Below are positions 58,013-64,000 of a stretch of DNA of 64,000 nucleotides, piece after piece. Position 1 is the stretch's first letter, and every line of letters starts with the position of its first letter. The stretch comes from Candidatus Uhrbacteria bacterium (GTDB lineage: Bacteria; Patescibacteriota; Patescibacteriia; JACQRZ01). A program made the position numbers and the translations under genes. The stretch is from contig JACPHV010000002.1 of NCBI GenBank assembly GCA_016188385.1, positions 101,682 to 165,681 on the forward strand, in the 5' to 3' direction. The notes beneath the pieces were generated by a model that saw nothing but the letters and a program-made list of their open reading frames with translations, was not told the DNA's origin and did no database searches.

Positions 58013-58264
58013 TTAAAGCTTCATGAGCGCTTTTGTTCCGGGAAATCTGTCTTTGAGCTTTCCAATTTTCTTAAGATATTCCTTTTTTTCTTCGATCATC
58101 CTGCGGCGCAACGCTGTCGTCTGTTTTGCTGCCGCGCTTTTCTTCCGAGAATAAAAACGAATCTTCTTTACTTGCAATATCCTTCCGCTTTGCTGTATCT
58201 GGCGATTGAATCTTCGCAGCAATGCCTCAAACGATTCCTTTTGTTTTCTTCGTACTTCCGGCAT
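58013..58264 (-). CDS. rpsU: 30S ribosomal protein S21
   Basis: ESFEALLRRFNRQIQQSG..RFY..K..ALRR. Confidence 0.85.
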   Translation of the reverse strand: MPEVRRKQKESFEALLRRFNRQIQQSGRILQVKKIRFYSRKKSAAAKQTTALRRRMIEEKKEYLKKIGKLKDRFPGTKALMKL

Positions 58265-58267
58265 GTG

Positions 58268-59662
58268 TCACCCTCCTTTCTGTTGTTCACCATGAAGCTT
58301 CTTGCGAAGCGTTGGTATTAATTTTTTTATATCGATGACTTCTTGTTCTCCACCCCCCATATTACGAATGATAATACTCCCGTCAAGCAGTTCTTTTTGA
58401 CCGAGAATAATTGTCAGTGTCGCGTTGCATTTGTTGGCGATCTCGAGCTGTGCTTTAAGACTATCTTTCGCGAATTCCGCCGCTACGGTAAAACCCTCCC
58501 GTAACAAATCTTCATACAAAACCATTGCCCGCCGTTTTGGCTGCTCCCCAAGCTGCGCGACGAAAATCTCCGGTTCCGCGCGCCGCGGGATCAGCTTCGT
58601 GCCGCTTGCTTTCTCAAGCTCCTTTAATTTCATCACGACTCGCTCGATGCCGATACCGAATCCCGCCGCGGGAGTGCTTAGTCCGCCGAACATCTCGATG
58701 AGGTCATCATAGCGCCCTCCACCGCCAAGCGCGGCCATCCGCGCTGATTGGACATCGGATTCGTTTGTATTCATGACCGCATAAAATTCAAAAACCGTGC
58801 GCGTATAGTAATCCAATCCGCGTACAAGATGCGGATTTGGCTGATAAGGAATCTCAAGTTCGTCAAGACATTCAAGTACTGCGATAAAATGGTCGCGGCA
58901 CGCGTCGCAGAGCGAATCCACGATCGGAGGCGCTTTCGAAATAAGGCTTTGGCACGTCTCGACTTTGCAATCAAGGAGTCGAAGCACATTTTTATTCAGC
59001 CGCCTTTTGCAATCATCGCAAAGCGATGCCCGACGGGCACGATAGTATTCAACAAGCGATTCACGGTACGCGATCCGGCATGAACGGCAGCCTATGCTGT
59101 TCACCTGCACAATCGGTTTGATATGCAATGACGTCAGTAATTTGTATCCAAGCAAGATAAGCTGCGCGTCGACAACCGGCTTGCCTTCGCCGATCACTTC
59201 GCAATTCCATTGCGTATGCTGACGATATCTCCCCTCTTGCGGCTTTTCGTGCCGAAAGAGCGGCCCGAAGGCATAGAGCTTTACCGGCTGCGGCAAAGAA
59301 ACCATTCCGTGCTCGATGTAAGCGCGTGCTATGCCAGCAGTAAACTCCGGCCGCAGCGCGAGATTGTCTCCGCCTTGATCCGTAAAACTGTACATCTCTT
59401 TTTCCACGATATCCGTCTGTTTGCCCAATCCAGCCGTATATACATTCAAATGCTCCACTATCGGAGTGTCAATCCGCATAAAAAGATAGTCATCTCCGAT
59501 CTTTTTAACGATTGATCGAATGTGCTCCCAATATATCTGATCGTGCGGCAAAACATCCTTCATTCCTTTGACAAGCTGGGGTTGCTTGCTTAACCGAGTA
59601 ATGCTCGGGTTGGGCTTGTCACTTTGTTTTATCAATTCTTCTGCTTTTTTTATTCGTGGCAT
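58268..59662 (-). CDS. hisS: Histidine--tRNA ligase
   Basis: KGMKD, LRPEFTA, FRHEKPQEGRYRQH, LVRGLDYY, GGGRYD, GFGIGIER. Confidence 0.97.
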   Translation of the reverse strand: MPRIKKAEELIKQSDKPNPSITRLSKQPQLVKGMKDVLPHDQIYWEHIRSIVKKIGDDYLFMRIDTPIVEHLNVYTAGLGKQTDIVEKEMYSFTDQGGDNLALRPEFTAGIARAYIEHGMVSLPQPVKLYAFGPLFRHEKPQEGRYRQHTQWNCEVIGEGKPVVDAQLILLGYKLLTSLHIKPIVQVNSIGCRSCRIAYRESLVEYYRARRASLCDDCKRRLNKNVLRLLDCKVETCQSLISKAPPIVDSLCDACRDHFIAVLECLDELEIPYQPNPHLVRGLDYYTRTVFEFYAVMNTNESDVQSARMAALGGGGRYDDLIEMFGGLSTPAAGFGIGIERVVMKLKELEKASGTKLIPRRAEPEIFVAQLGEQPKRRAMVLYEDLLREGFTVAAEFAKDSLKAQLEIANKCNATLTIILGQKELLDGSIIIRNMGGGEQEVIDIKKLIPTLRKKLHGEQQKGG

Positions 59663-59698
59663 GTGTCGTGTACCGTTACATGTTAACCTCACTTGTGA

Positions 59699-60301
59699 TC
59701 ATTGGTAGGCGGGAACGTCAAAAACTCCGAACCGCTGGAATGGAAACCCTCTCACCCATACGCGTCCCACAATGCTCTCTTTGGAAATCGGTCCGAAATT
59801 TTCCGAATCTTCGCTGACGGGCCGATTATCTCCGAGTACATAATATTCATCTTCGCCCAGCTCCCGATCGTCATAAAGCCCGCTCATGGAACGCGGATGA
59901 TATACATCTTCACGCAACACAAGACCCTGCGTATGTTCCTTCGTAAAGATCGTAATGGCACCATCGCTGATTCGTATCCGTTCCCCTGGTAGCGCGATGA
60001 CACGTTTGATGAGGTAGCGGGATTTTTTTGATGTATCAGAAACGCGATATTGGAATACGACAACCTCGCCCCGTTCTATCTTTCTCAAGCGCAAGGTGAT
60101 CTTATCGATGATCAGATAATCAGAATCGTAAAAGGACGGTTCCATGGATTGACCATGGACGTAAAAAGGTTGGATAAGAAATAAACGTATTGGAAGAATG
60201 AGGGCAACCGCTATAATAAAAACACGCAGGAACTCCTGACCTTGTTCTTTGAGCGCTTGCCACTTTGTAGATTTTTTTTCGGTTGCTTCCCCTAACTCCA
60301 T
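59699..60301 (-). CDS. lepB: Signal peptidase I
   Basis: GQSMEP, IKRVIALPGE, GDNR..SEDS. Confidence 0.95.
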   Translation of the reverse strand: MELGEATEKKSTKWQALKEQGQEFLRVFIIAVALILPIRLFLIQPFYVHGQSMEPSFYDSDYLIIDKITLRLRKIERGEVVVFQYRVSDTSKKSRYLIKRVIALPGERIRISDGAITIFTKEHTQGLVLREDVYHPRSMSGLYDDRELGEDEYYVLGDNRPVSEDSENFGPISKESIVGRVWVRGFPFQRFGVFDVPAYQ

Positions 60302-60321
60302 ACGTTATCCACCTCGTGTAC

Positions 60322-60350
60322 AGTATACACAAAATTAAGGATATTGTCAC
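60322..60350 (-). promoter_or_regulatory. Sigma70-type promoter for the lepB-hisS-rpsU run
   Basis: GTGACA-17 nt-TATACT with TG extended -10, minus strand. Confidence 0.6.
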
Positions 60351-60390
60351 GCGCTTGCCTTTGTCGTGATAGCGCTCGCACCATTCCCAA

Positions 60391-60464
60391 TGGACAATAC
60401 AGGATTCGAACCTGTGACCTCACCGATGTGAACGGTGCGCTCTAACCAGCTGAGCTAATTGTCC
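60391..60464 (-). tRNA. tRNA-Val(CAC)
   Basis: GGACAATTAGCTCAGCTGGTTAGAGCGCACCGTTCACATCGGTGAGGTCACAGGTTCGAATCCTGTATTGTCCA. Confidence 0.94.
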
Positions 60465-60569
60465 ATGGGGAAAAATGCGTCTGCTCGTGCGCCGAGCTGA
60501 TCAGATGCGCGAACCTTGCTTATACGGACATTCTGCTTGAACCTCCATATTCGCACAATTATTACCATC

Positions 60570-60598
60570 TTGCAAGCAGTTCTCCTCACTGGTATACT
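60570..60598 (+). promoter_or_regulatory. Sigma70-type promoter for the LCP gene
   Basis: TTGCAA-17 nt-TATACT with TG extended -10. Confidence 0.65.
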
Positions 60599-60610
60599 AT
60601 TAAATCAATT

Positions 60611-62041
60611 ATGCACAAGATTCAGATCAACCTGCTCCAGTGCCGGACAGGCTTGCCAAAAAACCAAGACTTGCTGGACGCGTCTCCGCTCTTTGAAGGA
60701 GTGCGAGGCATTGTCATAGCTGGATCAATTTTGCTTGCGTGCCTTCTCGGAGCGACAGGAGTCTATTCTTACTATTCTTCGCAAAAAGACGATTCTTATA
60801 TTTCCCGCTCATGGAATTCGTTTGTCACGTTTGCAAGGCTTGACGCGCTGAATCATTTCACGGAGAGTTTTTCCAAAACTCTCCGAGGCGAATCTGATCG
60901 AATTAACATTTTACTCATTGGCATCGGAGGAGATGGCCACGAAGGGCCTGACCTTGCAGATACGATCATGCTTGCAAGCATCAATCCAAAAGGCAAAAAT
61001 GCCGCACTGTTTTCCGTGCCGCGAGATCTTACCGTACCAATGGAAAAATATGGCATCAGAAAAATTAACAATGCTAACGCCTTTGGCGAACAGGAGCAGG
61101 AAGGCTGGGGCGCGGAGTTTACCCGACTCATCCTTGAAAAAACATTTGACATCCCCATTCACTATTATATACGCATCGACTTCCACGGATTCGAACAATT
61201 GATTGATTCTCTGGGAGGAATTACCGTAGATGTCGAGAACAGGTTCACCGACTACAAATACCCAACGCTGGATAAAAAATATCAAGTTCTTTCATTTGCC
61301 GCGGGAGAACAGACTATGGATGGAGAAACAGCGCTCAAATTCGTACGTTCGCGGCACAGCATAATGAATAACGAGGGATCGGATTTTGCCAGAGGCAAAC
61401 GACAACAAAAAGTATTAGTCGCGATCAAGGAAAAAATGGCGTCGTCAGATGTCTTACTCAATCCCGGCAAGGTATCGGACATCATGGCAATACTTAAGGA
61501 CACCGTAACCACGAACATCTCCTCTTGGGAGTTTGCCCGTTTTATTTCATTGTCAAAAAATCTTGACTTCGGCTCAATGAAAACCGTATCGTTTGACGAT
61601 TCACCTGATGGATTATTGGTATCAAGTATCGGCGTCGACGGTGCGTATATTCTCCAACCGCGCGATGGCACATTCCAAGAAGTGCGCGCCCGCATCAGTA
61701 CGGCATTAGCAGATACTCCTGAAGAAACGAACAGCAAGCATGTATCGGAATCTCCGATTGCAAGCATCAAAAACGGCACCCTCATTGAAGGTTTGGCAGC
61801 CCGCACGGCCACGATACTCCAGGAATCAGGATTCACGATTGATTATGTGGGCAATGCTGAAAACCGCGATGCGGATAAGACACTGCTGTTTGATTTTACC
61901 GATGGAGCGAAAAACGAATCTCTGAAATATTTGAAAACAGTATTTCCTACGGCTGTGATTTCGTATGCTGACCGCGAGCAGTTCCAAGCTCTGCCGAGCA
62001 GTGATTTTCTCATCATTGTCGGCGCCGATAGGAGCAGGTAG
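60611..62041 (+). CDS. LCP (LytR-CpsA-Psr) family protein with LytR_C domain
   Basis: INILLIG, DTIM, SVPRD, KINNA, FVRSRH, SDFARGKRQQ; C-terminal NGT..GLA. Confidence 0.93.
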   Translation: MHKIQINLLQCRTGLPKNQDLLDASPLFEGVRGIVIAGSILLACLLGATGVYSYYSSQKDDSYISRSWNSFVTFARLDALNHFTESFSKTLRGESDRINILLIGIGGDGHEGPDLADTIMLASINPKGKNAALFSVPRDLTVPMEKYGIRKINNANAFGEQEQEGWGAEFTRLILEKTFDIPIHYYIRIDFHGFEQLIDSLGGITVDVENRFTDYKYPTLDKKYQVLSFAAGEQTMDGETALKFVRSRHSIMNNEGSDFARGKRQQKVLVAIKEKMASSDVLLNPGKVSDIMAILKDTVTTNISSWEFARFISLSKNLDFGSMKTVSFDDSPDGLLVSSIGVDGAYILQPRDGTFQEVRARISTALADTPEETNSKHVSESPIASIKNGTLIEGLAARTATILQESGFTIDYVGNAENRDADKTLLFDFTDGAKNESLKYLKTVFPTAVISYADREQFQALPSSDFLIIVGADRSR

Positions 62042-62061
62042 CTACCAGATCGTCTGTCGAC

Positions 62062-63423
62062 TCACGGAGTCGCGCGCCGAAACAACGACACAGTTCCCCT
62101 ATCAACTTCGGCGACATAGTGAAGAGTACCGTTGGCATCTACAAAAAAATCCCGCACGCGTTGTCCTTCAACGCTTACCTGATACCGATTCCGATCAGGC
62201 CTCTGCGCGGTCTCGAAGACTTCAAGAACGCCTCCGGAGAGCATAATGGCATACGGTATATTTTTTAACATCGCGATCGACTGTATCGGTACCGATTGCC
62301 TGGAAAGAAGTCTTCTTTGAATTGATTTACCTGATGTCTTTTCAAAAATCACAGCTTCAAAACCGGAAGCTACGACGACGATCAATGGCGGTTTGGCAAA
62401 TAATCCTTGGACGTATGCAAACGGCGTCTGCGCTTGAGCGCTATCAGATGTGTCGATAGACGTTATCACACCCTCCGCGTCTTTGCCGATCACGAAGGGC
62501 GGCACCACGGTCTCAAGAGAAGTAATGCGATCGGCGGGAGCAAGTACGCGGCTTCCAATTCTTGTTCCCGTGGCGGCATCAATGAATACGAGAGATGTAT
62601 CCGCGAGCGAAGTTTCGAGCGCATATAAAGTGTTGCGCGACAGCGCCATATCCGTAAAAGACCCTGCGGCGGCAAGTGGTGTCAGAACGCCGTCAGCGTC
62701 TAATCGAATAATGCCTGACGCAGCCAAAACGAATACTGACTTTTCGTCATCGGACCAGAGCACGCGGTTGATCGGACCTGCAAGATCCTTCGAGACCATT
62801 CTTCCTGTATCATGTTCACCCATGAGCACTATGCCAGCAGCGGAAATGACGACGGCGCGCGAACGCGAAGGAGACGGATAACCTGCGAAAGCATCATCAT
62901 TCTTCGACCGATACAGAGACTTAAAGGTATGGGTATCCAACGAATACTCGATCACCTCATTCTTTCCTGCTAAAAAGATGAATTTGTCAGAAGCCGCGAC
63001 GAGTATCTTTTCGAGAGCCGGGTGTGAAAATACCGCTTGCGGTTCCGAGCCGGAGACCAAGACGGGGTCTGTGACGATTGTCACAGTGCCGGACGTTACG
63101 GATATATCTCGGCGATACGGAGAGTATCCATCTCTTAACAATTCCAAATGATAGGTGCCGGGAAGCAGGTATTTCTTATGGATCGGCGTACGTGAGTCAA
63201 TCGCGCCGAATATCAAATCGCGAAACCGAAAAATCGGATCTCCATTGAGCATAACGCGAGCGCCTGGCGGCGTTGATTCTACAATCAATTCGCCTGTGCG
63301 CTCTATCGCGTTTTTCGCGGGATTATATCGATAGCCTAATCCATAAAAAAGGATCGCGGCAGCCGTAAAAAAAAACGCCCCGACGAAAGAATAAAATAAA
63401 ATACCGCGGGTCACTGATCTCAT
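62062..63423 (-). CDS. PEGA domain membrane protein with beta-propeller-like C-terminus
   Basis: TM then GYRY..TGELIVESTPPGARVMLNG, LLPGTYHLEL..GY. Confidence 0.8.
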   Translation of the reverse strand: MRSVTRGILFYSFVGAFFFTAAAILFYGLGYRYNPAKNAIERTGELIVESTPPGARVMLNGDPIFRFRDLIFGAIDSRTPIHKKYLLPGTYHLELLRDGYSPYRRDISVTSGTVTIVTDPVLVSGSEPQAVFSHPALEKILVAASDKFIFLAGKNEVIEYSLDTHTFKSLYRSKNDDAFAGYPSPSRSRAVVISAAGIVLMGEHDTGRMVSKDLAGPINRVLWSDDEKSVFVLAASGIIRLDADGVLTPLAAAGSFTDMALSRNTLYALETSLADTSLVFIDAATGTRIGSRVLAPADRITSLETVVPPFVIGKDAEGVITSIDTSDSAQAQTPFAYVQGLFAKPPLIVVVASGFEAVIFEKTSGKSIQRRLLSRQSVPIQSIAMLKNIPYAIMLSGGVLEVFETAQRPDRNRYQVSVEGQRVRDFFVDANGTLHYVAEVDRGTVSLFRRATP

Positions 63424-64000
63424 AGACGTTCGGTTTCGCGCAGCTGCGAACGTATCTTCGCGCGAGCAAGCGCGGTCTTTGCGTACGCAAGCCAATCAGG
63501 GCTGGGACTTCTGCGATTTTTGTCAAAGATTATCTCTACCACGTCTCCGCTTCGCAGCTTTGTATCAATGGATTGAAGCTGGGTATTGATCTTTGCTCCA
63601 GCGCACCTGCGGCCAAGGTCGCTATGGATCGCAAAAGCAAAATCAATCGGTGTGGCATCCTCCGGCAGATTAATGACATCTCCTTTCGGGGTGAATACAA
63701 AAATGCGATGCTTAAAAATATCAAGCGTGAGAACATGCATGGATTCTTCGCCGCCGGGGTTCTCCTCATTCCATAAAGAAACGATATCTTGCAGCCATTC
63801 GATATTTTTCGTAACGGATCGGGAGATTTTACGCGCCTCATCATAATTCCAGTGCGCCGCGATTCCGTATTTCGCTTCGGCATGCATTTCCGCTGTCTGG
63901 ATTTGAAACTCTACCACTTCCCCTTTCTCGCAAAATACGGTCGTATGAAGCGCGCGATAATTATTAGGTTTTGGCTGCGCTATGTAATCTTTCATGCGGC
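63420..64000 (-). CDS. RelA/SpoT (p)ppGpp synthetase/hydrolase, C-terminal part (5' end outside the window)
   Basis: KDYIAQPKPNNYRALHT, EFQI, GIAAHW.Y, TGS domain FTPKGD...DFAFAIHS. Confidence 0.95.
   Translation of the reverse strand, partial: RMKDYIAQPKPNNYRALHTTVFCEKGEVVEFQIQTAEMHAEAKYGIAAHWNYDEARKISRSVTKNIEWLQDIVSLWNEENPGGEESMHVLTLDIFKHRIFVFTPKGDVINLPEDATPIDFAFAIHSDLGRRCAGAKINTQLQSIDTKLRSGDVVEIIFDKNRRSPSPDWLAYAKTALARAKIRSQLRETERL

Noticed and set aside
1-64000. Alternative genetic code (TGA read as Gly, as in Gracilibacteria/SR1)
   Set aside because: Conserved genes such as eno and hisS end at TGA at their expected lengths, and no core gene needs readthrough

Overview
Bacterial chromosomal segment (standard code, TGA used as stop). 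Gene content and style (DUF4012, TSP3-repeat and VirB2-like pilin proteins, a giant Cys-rich surface protein, few Shine-Dalgarno sites) suggest a Patescibacteria/CPR genome, probably Parcubacteria-related; this is inference. Housekeeping genes: eno, gpmI, mreBC, lepA, recJ, RNase H, gltX, dnaB, recR, rplU, cysS, rpmG, tpiA, scpB, ftsZ/ftsA, dgkA, ybeY, rpsU, hisS, lepB and relA/spoT, plus six tRNAs and RNase P RNA. Most unusual items: (1) an ~800-nt RNase P RNA with at least six hairpin insertions/expansions, three inside the conserved S-domain; (2) a tRNA-Pro(CGG) nested between a 5' half-copy and a 3' half-copy of itself, with other tRNAs also flanked by tRNA-derived or antisense sequence; (3) a perfectly symmetric 16-6-16 dif-like palindrome near a lone Xer recombinase where gene orientation flips; (4) two families of ~50-190-bp palindromic elements, five of eight copies overlapping stop codons; (5) a four-gene cell-surface cluster (pilin-Ig fusion, ~3,700-aa Cys-rich protein with a pilin-like C-terminus split by a 47-nt microhomology deletion, two TSP3 proteins) inside the hisS-rpsU...ybeY-ftsA-ftsZ run; (6) an aguB-aguA agmatine catabolic pair. 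All calls come from reading the sequence and the ORF track; no searches were run.
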